Shown: positions 1 to 13,783 of the stretch, piece after piece
Numbering within the stretch: position 1 is the stretch's first letter
How the letters are laid out: every line of letters starts with the position of its first letter
Origin: Azolla caroliniana
Lineage: Eukaryota; Plantae; Polypodiophyta
Direction of reading: 5' to 3'
Length of the DNA stretch: 64,000 bases
NCBI GenBank assembly: GCA_043228905.1
Contig: JBHGNT010000002.1
Location: 8,494,001 to 8,558,000, forward strand
Notes under the pieces: generated by a model
The model's database searches: none
Seen by the model: only the letters and a program-made list of their open reading frames with translations
What the model was told of the DNA's origin: nothing
Position numbers and translations under genes: made by a program

Positions 1-1050
1 GGGATAACGAGGTGTGCTCGGGAAAGTTCAAGAGAAGATTCTTGACATTACCCCGAAGACCTTGCCAAAAGTGATCACCTAAAGCTTGATCATCCCAGTT
101 GACGTTACGTGCTAGTTGTCGGAATTCTGAAGCATAGACAGAAGTTGCACGCAAACCTTGTTCGAGTGCATAAATCTTGGTGAGGGTTGTACTTCGCCAG
201 TCCGTCTCTCCAAATGTGGCCTCTAACTCGGCGAGGAAGGCGGGAAAGTCCTCCAATAGAAGTGACGAAGTTGCTACCAATGGTGCAAACCAAGCTTGGG
301 CCGGACCGGAGAGGAGGGTGCCCACAAGGCCGACTTGTCGAAAACCATATGCATAACAGTCAAGTTGTAGCCCAATGATAAGATGAATTAGGTTGATGAA
401 TCCCCAGAAATGTGACCTCGTTCCATCAAATTTTTCTGGGAGGCTAACCTTAGGCTCAAGAAAATGAGAAGAAGCTAGACCACATGTTGGTAGAAGATTG
501 GGCTCTGGGCTAGGTTGTGGTGGGAGACTAAGATCTGCGGGTTGTGAGGATAGGGAGGTGCCGACTTGAAGTTCTCGTAAAGAATTCGAAAGAGCTTCAT
601 TTTCAAACTGGAGTTGTTGTAAGGCTATCATTATCTTGCTTAAGTCACTAGCTGGGCCAGACATAGCTACGGCTAATGAGAGGGAGAGCTATGAGGATGG
701 GACGGTGAACAAACTCTCATGGATAGCAAATATGCACAAGAGTGTAGAAGATAATCAAAGGGATGAGTTGATTAATTGAAAGACTCCATAACTAGTGTTG
801 TTCACCTTGATTGTAACCTAGGTGAACACACATATTTATACAAGTTCTGAGATTGAATATCTCTAGAATATACCATAGAGTATTTCTAAAATATACTAAA
901 TACTAGAATATTCTGAATGTACTATATGCTAGACTATACAATATTAAACCATATACAATTACATGTAACTTAAGCGTTTCCAAATGGTTTTAAATCTAAT
1001 GCTAAGTATGGAGTGTGTTATAGGTTAGAGGTTCAAGGCTAGATGTGACA
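1..1050 (-). mobile_element. Degenerate Ty3/Gypsy 5' portion: gag remnant (about 1-664) and probable LTR (about 733-1050), running off the window edge
   Basis: Minus-strand translation gives LPEKFDGTRSHFWGFIN...VGLVGTLLSGPAQAWFAPL...FLAELEATFGETD, a Ty3/Gypsy gag motif. TGTCACA start at 1050 on the minus strand. LTR limits are approximate. Confidence 0.65.
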
Positions 1051-1851
1051 GAGGGTCCTGACCTCAACAATGAAGATAGTAAGGCAGATCTCGCAAACGT
1101 GAGCGATGTCAACGAGGACGTGGAGGAAACTGATTGATCACCATAGCCGAAATATCACACTCTCTTTTTGGCACGTATGGGAGGACGCGCGGTTTGGTGG
1201 GGCTAGATGTTCTGCAGAGTTTCGGAAACGGTATGAAATTTGTGTGGAACAGACAAAATCGAGAAGGTGCAATGTGCACACCTGTGAGGGTGATGATCAC
1301 ACATGTACACAGGCATGTTGAAAATAGGAACGAAATGAGACTCGTAAATGGAAGGTTAAACATGTCCACGTGTGATGTAAATAAGACTAAGGCCTAGAAA
1401 TATTTGAGTGTATATAGTGGGGTGCATCAAGGTTTAAACCTTGCACCTCTAAGGTGGAAGACGTTTGGTTTACCACTAGGACTACTCCTTACATCACCCT
1501 AATCAAGTTGACTTAAGTTATCCTATCAGACTACTTAGTTAATTTATGCAGACATAGACCGTAGAGCACATGAAGTGTGTGCACCGCATACTGCAATATG
1601 TCAGCAAACCCCTTGATCGTGGGTTGTTGTACAAGAACGACATTGCAATGTAGCTACACAACTATACAAATGTAGATTGTGTTGCAGATGCAATTGATCG
1701 TCAATTGACATCAGGCTTTATGTTCTCATTCAGTCGTGTGGCAATATCATGGAGAAGCAAGCAAGAAGCAGCCAATAGTTGCACCATCCAGTACCGACAA
1801 GAGTAGTTGTAATCTATGAGGCAATTTGGTTAACGTGGTTGTTGCGGAACC

Positions 1852-2383
1852 TGTTGGGAAATCGGTCTCTCCGGATGGGATCCGGTGATGAATAAAGAGG
1901 ACACGGTGAGAACTAGAAGAGATTCGGAAACAGGAGGAGACCCGGTGAGAACCGGAAGTGAAGACATATCTGTAAATATGTTTTGAGTAAGCTTATTGGG
2001 GCTATATTTGTAAATAGCCCTAAGTTCCTATAAGTATAAATATGACTTAGGGCAATCACTTTGTAAGCGCGTTGTTGTTGTTGTAACTGTTGTACAGAGA
2101 GATCGACATAGAGAGAAATTGTGAGATACAGAGAGATACTCTGTTGTAACCGCCGGTTGGCGAAGATAAAGAGCTCGAGGTCGTTGCCTACGAGTCTCTG
2201 ATTGTACCCTTTTCTTCATAGTGATAGTTCGGAGTCTGTGGACTCCCGTGGTTTTTCCCTATTAGGGTTTTCCACGTAAACATCTTGTGTTCACTCTTTA
2301 GTTCCCATTTCTGTGTTCTCCATTCTCATCGAAGTGTTCAAGACTCTGTTGTGGCCGAACAATATTCCACGTTTTACTCAACA
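1852..2383 (+). repeat. Copia-1 5' LTR
   Basis: TG...CA ends, matches 23240-23735, followed by PBS. Confidence 0.95.
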
Positions 2384-2411
2384 ACTGGTATTAGAGCGAA
2401 CAACATAGGAA

Positions 2412-5190
2412 ATGGAAGAATCGTTCGGCAGCATGTTCAAGCTCACCGACTCCAACTACTCAGTGTGGAAGTCGAAGATGAGGGATATGCTAGTGGTTAA
2501 AGATCTTTGGTTGCCAGTTCAGTTTGGAGACAAGAGACCGGATAAGATCAACGCCACAATGTGGGAGGTGATGCATATGAAGACGACGGCATACATCCGG
2601 TGCTTCAACGACATGAGCCTATACAACAACTTCAATGAAGAGAGCAAGGCTCATGAACTCTGGGAGAAGATCGACATCATGTTCCAGAACAAGAATGTCG
2701 TTAATCGGGTTTCGGTATTCCGGAAGCTAGTGAGGCTCTGGTACCAAGACGGTTCCAGTATGGTGGAGCACATGAATGCCTTCGAGGGGCTAATACACCA
2801 GGAAACCTCATTGGAAGTACCTCTCGCCGATGAGGTACTCACATTGCTCCTGCTTGGTTCCCTCCCGGACATTTGGGAGACGTTAGTTGTCACATTGGGC
2901 AACCGGGCCGAAAGGAAAACAGTTGTCCCGAGCAAGGGTAAAATCAAGCTTGCTAGATGAAGAAGCTCGCCGGAAGGACCGGGAGTCTGGAACCAATCCG
3001 AAGGCCTTGGTCACGGAAGATAACCACAATCAGGGAAGAGGCTGGTATCGGAGTCCCCAAAACCGGAACAAGCTCGAAGTCAAGGGGGAGGCCCACGTGC
3101 TTCTATTGCAGGAAGCCAGGACACTTCTAGAAGAATTGTCAGCATTTCTGGAAAGAGAAAGAAATTGCAACACCGATTCGAAGAAGAGTTCGGACCAGAG
3201 AGGCCCGGATTGGAAAGGAACATCGGTGATCATGACAAGTGAAGAAGAACCGATGAGAATGAGTTAAACCTTGCCGGCAACGAGACAACATGGGTTGTCG
3301 ATTCCGAAGCATCGTTCCACCTGACACCGGATCGGAAATGCTTCTCATCCTACACAGCCGGTGATCATGGTTGTGTCCGGATGGGGAATGAAGGTACATG
3401 TAGAATTATCGGCATAGGAGATGTGTTGTTGACGACATCAACCAGATGCAAATTGCTATTGAAGGATGTCCAACACGTTCTGGAGGTTCGACTAAACGTG
3501 ATATCAGTCGGTCGGCTAGATGATGAAGGCTACACGGGTAGCATCCGGAACGGAGTCACGAAGTTCAACAAAGGGAGTCTAATAGTGGCTCGAGTCTGGA
3601 AGATCAACACATTGTACTTGATGAATGTCCGGATATGCCGCGAAAAGGTGAACATAGCATTCGATACTGCCGGTGATCTGTGGCACAAAAGATTGTGTCA
3701 CATGAGTGAGAAGGGGATGAAGAGGCTTGCCGAAGACAACCTCATTCCGGTGAAGGACGTGCAACTTGAGAAGTGGACCAATTGCTTGGCCGTCAAGCAA
3801 AGCCGAACCTCCTTCCGGTCAAGACCACCGATGATTCGGAATGCACCACTGGAGCTGGTGCATACGATGTGTGTCAAGTGGACACGAAGTAACATGCCGG
3901 ATCGCAGTACTTTGTGACGTTCATAGATGACCACAGCTGGAAGTTGTGGGTCTCACCATTGAAGACGAAGGATCAGGTGCTATCCGTCTTCAAGGAGCTC
4001 AACGCAAGAGTGGAAAGAGAAACCAGCCGGAAGCTAAAGATGGTTCGAGCAGATAACGGAGGAGAATATTGGAGGCCGTTCGAGGAGTACTATCGGTCGA
4101 AGGGAATCCAGCTCGTGTTGACTGTGTCGAAGACATCGAAACTAAACGGGTTGGCGAAAAGGATAGACCAGACCATAATGGAGAGAGTCCGGAGCATGCT
4201 AGCACATGCAAAGTTACCGAAGACGTTTTGGGCTGAGGCGCTGACGACGATGACCTATGTGATAAATAGATCACCCTCAGCACCCTTGGAAGGAGACTCA
4301 CCTCAGAAAGTATGGATTGGTAAAGATGTATCTTACCAGATCTGAAGGTGTTCGGGTGTCTCGCATATGTGCATGTTGCAAAGGACAAGAGAGCAAAGCT
4401 GGATACGACGATGATGAGTTCAGTTACCGGGTGTGGGATCTGGTCGACAAGGTGTTCCGGAGTCAGGACATAGTCTTCATGGAAGACAGGACCATTGTCG
4501 ACTGGGAGTCGGAGAAGAAGGTGATGAACGCCGGATCATTCAATGAAAACAGGCTCGAGGACACAAGGACTTACCCTGTTGAAAACCGAACGCTAGTCGG
4601 TAACCGGATGACACTCGACGAACCGGCTGGATATGGACAAGAAATCGAACCGACCGAAGAAGAAGAAGAAGAAGAAGAAGAAAACACTGGAATCGGACAA
4701 AATCCCGAATCGGATTCGGATTCGGAACAAACAGAGGAACCGGTAGTCAGAAACCAGGGACAGAGATATCCTCTCCGAGAGAGAAGAGCCCCCCGGAGAT
4801 TTTTGGGTGCGGAGCATGTGTTGCTAACCGATGAGGGGGAGCCAGAAAGCTTCGAAGAAACAAAGAGAGACACCCACAACCGCAAGTGTTGAGTGCCATG
4901 GAGGATGAAATGAATTCCTTGCATGAGAACCACACATATGAATTGACAGATTTGCCGAAAGGGAAGAGAGCACTCCGGAACAAGTGGGTGTACAAGTTGA
5001 AACCGGGAGATGCCGGAAATCCACCCAGGTATAAGGCCTGAATCGTGGTGAAGGGCTTCCAGTAGAAGAAAGGAGTGGATTTCGATGAGATCTTTGCCCC
5101 GGTAGTAAAGATGACATCCATCCGGACGGTATTGGGCATAACAACAAGCATGGACCTTGAGGTAGAGCAATTGGACGTCAAGACGACATT
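2412..5190 (+). pseudogene. Copia-1 gag-PR-integrase-RT (N-terminal part), frameshifted
   Basis: ORF fragments include LTDSNYSVWKSKM (gag), LWHKRLCHMSEKG (GAG-pre-integrase), RADNGGEY...FWAEA (rve) and FDEIFAPVVKMTSIR...QLDVKTT (RT). The RT continues at 22043. Confidence 0.93.
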
Positions 5191-5706
5191 TGTTACCCCG
5201 TATGAGATGTACGGAGAGTCAAGTGTGATGAGCGAGGGTCGAATATTATCATGATGATGTTGTATATGTGTAGGGAACATAAATGTAATTGTGAGTCGAT
5301 ATGTATGTGAACACATGCACACGTGTGTGCATGTGGAGGGATACGATGAGGTGTGAGTGAGTGTCCAATATGAATGCTCTAGGGGGCTTACACCCCTATG
5401 TATCTACCCCCTCTTGTACTATTTAACCCCCTTATGGGGAATGAATGAAATATAAATGAATCATTTCTCTCTATCTATCTCTCTTTTCATCTCTCTCTCT
5501 CTCTCTTCCCTCTCCTTAACGTTGAACCCCCTTGGGAGGGGGGTGGAGCCATTCTAGGCACCACCCCCCACCCCGCAATGCTTCTCAATGCACATGATCT
5601 CTCTCGCCATCAATCCCATACTCTCCATCATCATCATAACCACCATGTCTATCTTTGTCATTGATAATCATCATCGTCCTTAACCCTAGCCCTAAAACAT
5701 ACAACA
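5191..5706 (+). repeat. Gypsy-1 5' LTR
   Basis: TGTTA...AACA ends, matches 21520-22037. Confidence 0.95.
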
Positions 5707-5757
5707 CCTTTTGGCGACCACGATTCCTGCAAAGTGCAGAGGACAACCGGGGGATGG

Positions 5758-8700
5758 ATGTCTAGACCAAACGACGACCACATCACCGAACGAGGGAGAC
5801 GATACACCGAACGCGAGCAACGACGGGAAGCCCTGCAGCAAGCCGTCGACGAGATCCGGCGGGATCGGTCATTCTCCAAAACTCTTCGGAGAGTCGCAGA
5901 AGAAGCACTGCAGTTCCGGGTTCTGCAAATCCCCGACGAAGGCAGTAGCATAACAAGCCTGCAAGAGGCGGAAACGATACTGCAGACGCTCGCCGTGGGC
6001 GACGGGGACTCGGAAGCATTCGCAACACTTGAGGCGGAGTCGGAAAGCGACGGAAGCGTTGCATCCCGGTATAAAAGCAGCCACGACACACCAAATGACC
6101 GGGAGGACGAGGGGTCGGAAGACTCAGTAACACCGGCGCCAGAGGAAGAAATAACCCTGGAATTCGGTGACCGGTAATCGCCGAGGAAGGCTGACCGGAT
6201 ACCGACAACAACCGCGAGGGAACCGAGGGAGCGGATACCAACAACACCCGCGGAGGAACCAACGGACCGGAAACCGGCAACACCCGCGGAGGAACCAAAG
6301 GTTCTCACACCAACGCCAACAACGGACAGAGAGCGGAGGAAACAGGAGAGTCAGTTGGACGACACGATGCCGTACCCATACCCAAAGTACCGGGATGAGG
6401 CCGACGCGGGGGCACACGTGTACGCACTCCTCCAAACATGGGAAGCCAACCATATCTCCCAAAGACTGACGGAGCCTGAAGCCGAACGATCCAAAATCGC
6501 TGAATTCGGCATAACCTTAGAAGGACCGGCGGCCCAATGGCACGCAAAGCACTTACCAGGCAGCTTTGCCACATTCGATGCCTTGAAGGCCAGATTCCTC
6601 AGGTTTTTTCACAGACAATTTGAGCAAAGGGAATTGGTCGGGCAGTTCTACACCACCCGGCAGGAAGAGAACGAGACTATGCCACAATTCATCATTCGAT
6701 TCCAGACCCTGCACAGCCAACTGACAAGAGCACCACCCGAAGACAAAGCCAAAGCAGTCTTTCTGGCCGCACTGAAAGAGCCACTTCGAACAATGTGCGG
6801 AGTCCTTGATTTCCAAACCAGCACAATGGACCAAGTTATTGATCGGGTTTTAGAAATGGACAAGACTAGCCCCTTCTTGTCGATGGGGATGTTACACCGG
6901 GCACTCCCAAAGGAGGAAGACCTGAGGTTCCGACAGGCCTTACAATGTACAACATGCCTAAATTCGGGGCACTCAACAGTGGACTGCACCCTGCGGACAC
7001 AATGTGTGATCTGCAACTCTCGAGCCCATACAACGGACCGATGCGAATATAACCTGTTAAATCGGCAGGCAGCACCGGTTCGACACATAGAACCGCGCAA
7101 TCAAAACCCGGACGAGGATCGATTCCGGAGAGACGACCGCTACCAACGCGAACGCGGTAACAGATACGCTGATAGAAGACGCGACAACTATGACCGAGAG
7201 GAGAGACGCAGAGATAGCTACCCCCGGGACCGGTATGACAGAGACGAATCCCCGGAAGACGACCGACGCAGAGAAGAGAGGCGACAAGGATACGCTGATA
7301 GAAGACGCGACAACTACGACCGAGAGGAGAGACGCAAAGATAGCTACCCCCGGGACTGGCACGACCGAGACGAATCCCCGGAATACGACCGACGCAGAGA
7401 AGAGAGGTGACAAGGGAACCGAAATTTCCGACGGAATCAGAAGCGTGGATTTTTCCAAAGAGAGGAACGTCGGGGGGCAGCAAGGAATGACAACCCGGTA
7501 TCGGTACCGGATAACCGAAAAACCGAAGACGACCGCCGGAGCATACCCACCCTCCAAACCGGGGACAAAGGAGAAACGAGCAACAGTCACAAGGTGTACT
7601 GTTATTACTGCCACAAGGAAGGCCACTATAGTAACCAATGCCCAAGCAAAAGCTATGACAAGCAGCCGGAAGTCAACATGGTTACAGCCGAAATAACAGA
7701 AGCACAGTAGGTCACAACCCGGTCAAAGGGAAAGACCGCCGAGTGGGAAGCCCAAGAGGTAATCAGAAAACAAGCGACACAATGGATCAAGGAGGCCAAT
7801 GAACAGAATGCGGCAGAAGTAAGAGACCAAAATATGCCAAAAGACGAAGAAATCATACAGCTAGGAGAAAACCCGACGTGGCAAGCGCTACAGGACTGTC
7901 AAATCGTGCTACCGTTAGCACGACTACTACAGTTAGTGCCACGATTTACGGCAGACCTACAGGCATCCGTCAGCAAACCGAAGCCGACGCCAGCACCGGC
8001 ATTCTTCTCCAACCCGGAGGAAGGACCAGCGGTGGTCGATACAAGTAGCTCGGTGATCACGGCAATCGTGAAAGGAAAGGAAATTGCTGGAACGATTATT
8101 GACGGAGGCTCCGGGGTAAATGTCATCAGCCAACAGACATGCAACGACCTGGGCATCCGGGAATGGGAACCATGCCCCTTCTGGTTACGCATGGCGGATA
8201 CTAGCTCAGTCCGACCGACCGGGCTTATCCGGGATTTGGAAATAACGATCGGAGGCCACGTATTCCGGATATCGGCCGTGGTGCTGTAGCTGAATGTACA
8301 AGGCGCGTACCCCCTACTGCTAGGACGACCATGGCTGCGAACGACGCATATCAAGCAGAACTGGCAAAAGAACATGATCACATTCCGGCGAGGGAAAACA
8401 AAGGTACGAGTAACGACGCAACCACGGGTGATCACCAATAAGGAAGCAACTCCATTGTATACGGAAAGCATTAACATGTTGGAGGGATTACCAGACGAGG
8501 AAGTCGAGCGGTACCTCGAGGAACACCCACGAATCGTCCCACTATTTGAGGTGGATATCACGGCGGCAGTAGAACCGTACATTACGACGCCGGAAGAACC
8601 GGACGAAGCGGCGATCCGGGAACTGCGACAAGCGCAGGAATCCCTAGAGAGGGAAATGACGATATCCCAGAGGGTAAAAGCATCCCAACTCGAGGAGGTG

Positions 8701-9087
8701 GACCTCGGCACAACAGACAAGCCCCGACCGGTAAATGTTGCAAAGGAATTGCCGAAGGAAGAAAAGAAGGCAATGGTAGCATTGTTAACAGACTTCAAGG
8801 ATGTGTTCGCGTGGTCGTACGAAGACATGTGAGGGCTGGACCCCCAGCTCTATCAGCACCAAATTCACCTAAGTACGGACGCGAAACCGATTGCTCAACG
8901 CAGGTACCGGATGAATCCGAATTATGCGGCAAAGGTGAAGGAGGAAATTGATAAGCTCCTCCGGGTCGGATTTATCCGACCGGTCAAGCAGGCAACCTGG
9001 CTGAGTCCGATAGTGGTGGTCCCGAAAAAGAACGACAAAATCCGGGTATGCGTGGACTATCGAAAACTGAATGCCGCAACAGTGACC
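5758..9087 (+). pseudogene. Gypsy-1 gag-protease-RT (N-terminal), truncated, with 5 in-frame stops
   Basis: Homologous to the 1750-aa ORF at 25597-30849: YPKYRDEADA capsid, CTTCLNSGHSTVDC knuckles, IIDGGSGVN protease, RT ending at VCVDYRKLNAATVT. Stops near 6175, 7408, 7708, 8287 and 8830. Confidence 0.93.
7164..7415 (+). repeat. 126-bp in-frame tandem duplication in the R/D/E-rich gag linker
   Basis: TACGCTGATAGAAGACGCGAC occurs at 7165 and 7291. Confidence 0.85.
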
Positions 9088-10445
9088 TAATGGAGCTAGA
9101 GTGGTGGCCGACCAACAGCAGCCCAGTCGGACAGAGATAGTGACCGGATGGAGCGGCGATTGTACAGTGGCAACGGCAGAGCGGCATCCGCCGGATAGCG
9201 GTTGGATCGATTTCCGGAATGCGCAAAGACACATAGCAGCCGGACAGTAGCCGAACCGACTACCGGAAAACCGGTCGGAATGGACCAGAACAGGCCGCAC
9301 TAAGACGGCTCGATGGCCAGAACAGTTACACCGATGCAGATGGAGACACAGACAGAGGACGATGGACGGTGCCGGACGACGACGAACCGATAGAGACAAC
9401 GATAGAGACATCTGGAGATGGACTAGACAGACACGACAACGCCTGATGATGGCCGGCCGACGGAGACGATAACAGAACCGGATGAGCAGCGGTGCCAGAG
9501 CGGTGATAGGACAACAGAACGGACAGAAGGAGAGACAGTTGGAAGGGACCGGACAACCGGACAAACGACAAAAACGACCGGAAAGACGAAGGGACGACCG
9601 AACATGCCAAACGGACGAAGCGGCCGAACAACGATAGTTGGAGACAGGGACGACCGACCACAACAGTGATGGAGACAGGGACGAAGCGGCCGAACAACGA
9701 TAGTTGGAGCAGTGCCCCGATTGCGGCCGAACAGTGGCGGCCAAAAAAAACGAACATACAATCGACAATGATGAAAGAGAAGAAGAAGATGAAGAAGAGA
9801 AGAAGGAATAGGAAGGGAAGGAAAAGAAGAAGCACAAGAGGCAGTAGAATAACCAAGAAAGAAGAGGAAACAGAGAAGCAAGAAAGAGAAAGGCATAGAA
9901 GAAAGACGAAGAACAGAAAATTATGAACAAGAAGAAGAGAAACGCAGACCAAAGCAACACAGAAAGGGGTAAAAGCATGCGAGTGGAAACACTATTATAG
10001 CTAATTAGCTACTAAAATGGCCATAGCTAATTAGCTATTTGTTTAGCTAGTCTTTCTTGTGGGAAAATCAAATATTTGAAAAACTAATTTATGAAAAAAC
10101 TCAAATATTTGAACTTCTGTTTCAGACGTAGTGGAACTTGGGGAATATCACCATCATCTAAGGTCGACTTCAATGTCATCAATTTCCTGTTTAGCCTAAG
10201 TCTGATTTTGAACGCAGATGGAGTACTCAGAGCACGAACGCAGACGTAGCTCCCGCAACAACAAAAAATCGACATTGCAGATTGAGAGCTACAACACAGA
10301 ACCCGCTCGATCATCGTCTAGGTATGTTTCAGTTACAGAAACCCCAAACATTTGTTTTTTCTTTTTGACTACTGTCTGAACTTTGGTGCCGATTCATATT
10401 TCCCCAAAATCGAATAGGGCGAAGTCCTTGGAGTCCCATACAAGG

Positions 10446-13400
10446 ATGTCTCGCAAATCGGGGAGTAGCAACAGGTGTGTTTATATTACTTTTTTTGTGT
10501 TTAATCCTGTCTTTAGTGATTAGGGTTTGTGATTGAAATTTCTGATTAGGGTTTGTGATTGAAATTTCTGATTAGGGTTTTTGATTATAAATTTCTGATT
10601 AGAATTTCTGAATAGGGTTTCTGGTTACAAATTTTGATTACAAATTAGAAATTTGATTACAAATTAGAAATTTGATTACAAATTATGATTAGGGTTTCTG
10701 ATTTGCTAAGTTAAAGATTTTGCACCATTTTTGTTGTTGTTGATTGGGGTTTTTGATTCTCACATATTCTGATTTTGCACTATTTCTGATTTCTGAAATG
10801 ATATTTCAGATGGCTCGTTCCTCCGTATACGAGAGTGCTAAACTTCGCAAAATTTTGCGAGACAAAGGAGGACTTCCACAACACCTATGGTCTGTCACTC
10901 GAGGGTGTTGACCCTGCTGTCCTAAGTGATAAATTGATCAGTGATATACACTGGATGACAGTATATACAGTGCCTAGAGTCAAAGGCAAGGTCAAGCTGA
11001 AGCATGTACGAGCCGACTTGTACGATGACTGCATGAGACTGCACCAGAAAGTTCATCAGGAGATCCCAGTCAACAATGAGTTGTCAGTTTCATTTGCTAG
11101 AGCATTTGCATATGAGTACTGCAAAACAACGAAGGAATCTAGAGACCCTGAAATGTATAGGGTAGCTTGGGCAGTCTATGGTGAGGCATCGGTAAAAAGA
11201 TGCCGAAAGATGGGGACCTTGGCACAAAAAATAGACAGATTTTGGAGCATGGCAGCTGTTGATGCAACTGCCGACTCCCAGCAAGACCGGGGGCATACAC
11301 CACACCGACACCCAAGGAAAGCCAATGTCGATGATACAGGTGAGACATTGGTTAGCTATATGCTAAAAAATGTCCATGAAGCCTGTGAGACATTGGCATT
11401 TTTTAAGACTGATTTAGAGAAAGCCACAATGGCTTCTGCAATGGAGAGCAAAGTTACTTCTGCTGTTACAACAATTAGAAATAAGATTCAGGTAACTATT
11501 GTTTTGCTGGTATGTGATTGTGTTATAAATAACGGGTAAAATGTGCTAATCAAGCATTATCTGGAATAGGTTGCGCAACAGGAGCTTGAATTAGAGGGGC
11601 CACTGGATCCCCAGCGTAAAATAGAACTGCAAATAGAGATCCAGGTTCTTTCAATGAACCTGGACCTTCTAGGTGTAAATACTGTTGCAGATTACAATTT
11701 GGATAAGCTTCAAGTAAGTTAACGATTCCTGAGCAAAGTTGGTGTATCTTTCAACAACAAGAATAATTAATCGGTAAATTTCTCTGTTGCGTTGAAGGAA
11801 CAATACATTCATCAAGAACAGGTAGTTAGCTGCCTTAAGAAGAAGCTACATTTTGTGGAGGGAATGGTAAGGACCAGACAGGATTTGGACCTGAACATTC
11901 TTGCTCCCTTACCAAATGAAGTAGAACCAGAAAATGATTTATTGACAGTTCAAGCACGTTGCATCGCTTGCGGGTTAGGTGTGGAGGACAAAACTGCGTC
12001 TTTGTTGGTTCACCTACAACCATGCAACCACACATACCATCTGCTTTGTTTTCAACATGCCTGTCGAATTGCTGCATTCTGTTTGGGAGATTGCAGTACA
12101 ACTCTACCAAATGAGTGGAGAAAACAAACAGGTATACCATACTGTAGCTAATAAGCTTAGTCTTTTCTAATTAGCTATCCTACTAGCTAATTAGCTACTG
12201 GCAGCTAATGAGCTATCCTAGTAGCTAATTAGCTATGGTACTAGCTAATTAGCTAGTACCATAGTTGTGTAAAAAAGCTAAATAGCTATCCTACTAGCTA
12301 ATTAGCCACTGGCAACTAATTAGCTATCCTAGTAACTAATTAGCTACTGCCATAGTTGTGTAAAGTAGCTAATAAGCTATCCTAGTAGCTAGTTAGCTAT
12401 GGTACTAGCTAATTAGCTAGTACCATAGTTGTGTAAAAAAGCTAATTAGCTATCCTACTAGCTAATTAGCTACTGGCAACTAATTAGCTATCCTACTAGC
12501 TAATTAGCTATCCTACTAGCTAATTAGCTATCATAGTAGCTAATTAGCTACTGACATAGTTGTGTAAAGTAGCTAATAAGCTATCCTAGTAGCTAGTTAG
12601 CTATGGTACTAGCTAATTAGCTAGTAGCATAGTTGTGTAAAATAGCTAATTAGCTATCCTACTAGCTAATTAGCTACTGACATAGTTGTGTAAAGTAGCT
12701 AATAAGCTATCCTAGTAGCTAATTAGCTACTGGCAGCTAATTAGCTATCCTAGTAGCTAATTAGCTACTGGCAGCTAATTAGCTGTCCTAGTAGCTAATA
12801 AGCTATCCTAACTACTACCATAGTTGAGTAAAGTACCTAATTAGCTATCCTAACTACTACCATAGTTGAGTAAAGTACCTAATTAGCTATCATACTAGCT
12901 AATTAGCTATCGTACTAGCTAATTAGCTATCCTAGCTTCTACCATAGTTTAGTAAAGTAGCTAATTAGCTATCCTAAATAACTGTCATGTTATTGTAGAA
13001 TCTTGTGGATTAAGGACGGCACATGATGTGTCTGGTGCTGATGATGCTGCAACAGATGAGGATACTACTGCCAATGTGGCTGAAAGTAAGAGTCCTGCTA
13101 TCACATCTCCTTCAGATCAGCTGCACCCTATTCTTTTGGAACAGTGTACTGAATTAGGCAACGATGTGAAATGCCATGAAATAGTGGAAACAACATGTAA
13201 AACTGAGGTTCACAACAACAGTGTTTATGAACACTTGATGCAACATTTCTTCGAGTCTCAAGACCTTGATTCCACCCCACCGAGCCCAACTACTGAAAAT
13301 GTCCAAACAGATCCCTCTGTACTTGAAAAGCTAGTTCAAGAAACGGCTGATGTGCAATTAGCTGCTGAGGCGATGGGAAGGTTGTCGGAGGAGGACACAC

Positions 13401-13534
13401 TTGCGCATTGGGTCCTAGAAGCAAGGCTAAATGGGGAACCAACCAGAAAAAGGCTGAAGAAGGGGCCACGATCGGGAACAAGACCAGTTACTCGGTCAAG
13501 GGGCCCAGACGTAGTGGAGCGAAATACTGTTTAG
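10446..13534 (+). CDS. Transposon accessory gene, short isoform (574 aa predicted): unknown N-domain, helical region, RING-H2-like finger, acidic tail with basic NLS-like end
   Basis: Exons 10446-10474, 10810-11491, 11570-11713, 11798-12131 and 12999-13534. All introns are GT-AG with matching phases; total 1725 nt with no internal stop. Finger: CIAC-x17-CNHTYHLLC-x10-CLGDC. Confidence 0.8.
10515..10760 (+). repeat. Short degenerate repeats with telo-box-like TTAGGGTTT motifs in intron 1 of the accessory gene
   Basis: TGATTAGGGTTT(G/T)TGATT(G/A) occurs several times, plus TTGATTACAAATTAGAAAT repeats. Confidence 0.6.
12146..12975. repeat. TAGCTAATTAGCTA palindrome array filling intron 4 of the accessory gene
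   Basis: Dozens of exact or variant copies with a period of about 20 bp, interspersed with CATAGTTGTGTAAA, between donor 12132 and acceptor 12998. Confidence 0.95.
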
Positions 13535-13783
13535 TTGGATATGATTGTTAGCTTAGGGATTTTGCTAGGGTTTTATGAAGTTTTACTATCCTGTTGGACA
13601 AGTAAAACCTCAGATTGGTTGTTGCTTGATCCACATTATGTAATGGAACTCTATGATGTTTTTCCAAGATAATTTGAAGAGTGTTGTTCTATGACTGAAA
13701 CTCTTTGATGTTCAGGATATTGTTTTGTGAGACTATTAGTTACTTTGTGAGTGTGAATATGTTGGTGTTTTCTGATGTTGCAG

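Noticed and set aside
700-800. Self-priming (Tf1-type) PBS for the leftmost Gypsy remnant
   Set aside because: No TGG PBS is visible, but I found no convincing complement within the LTR either; the region is too decayed to call.
8869-9978. Long minus-strand ORFs (369, 208 and 157 aa) and the similar ORF at 20637-21128
   Set aside because: They are low-complexity S/F/L reads of the purine-skewed 3' region of Gypsy-1, cross element junctions, and show no domain motifs.
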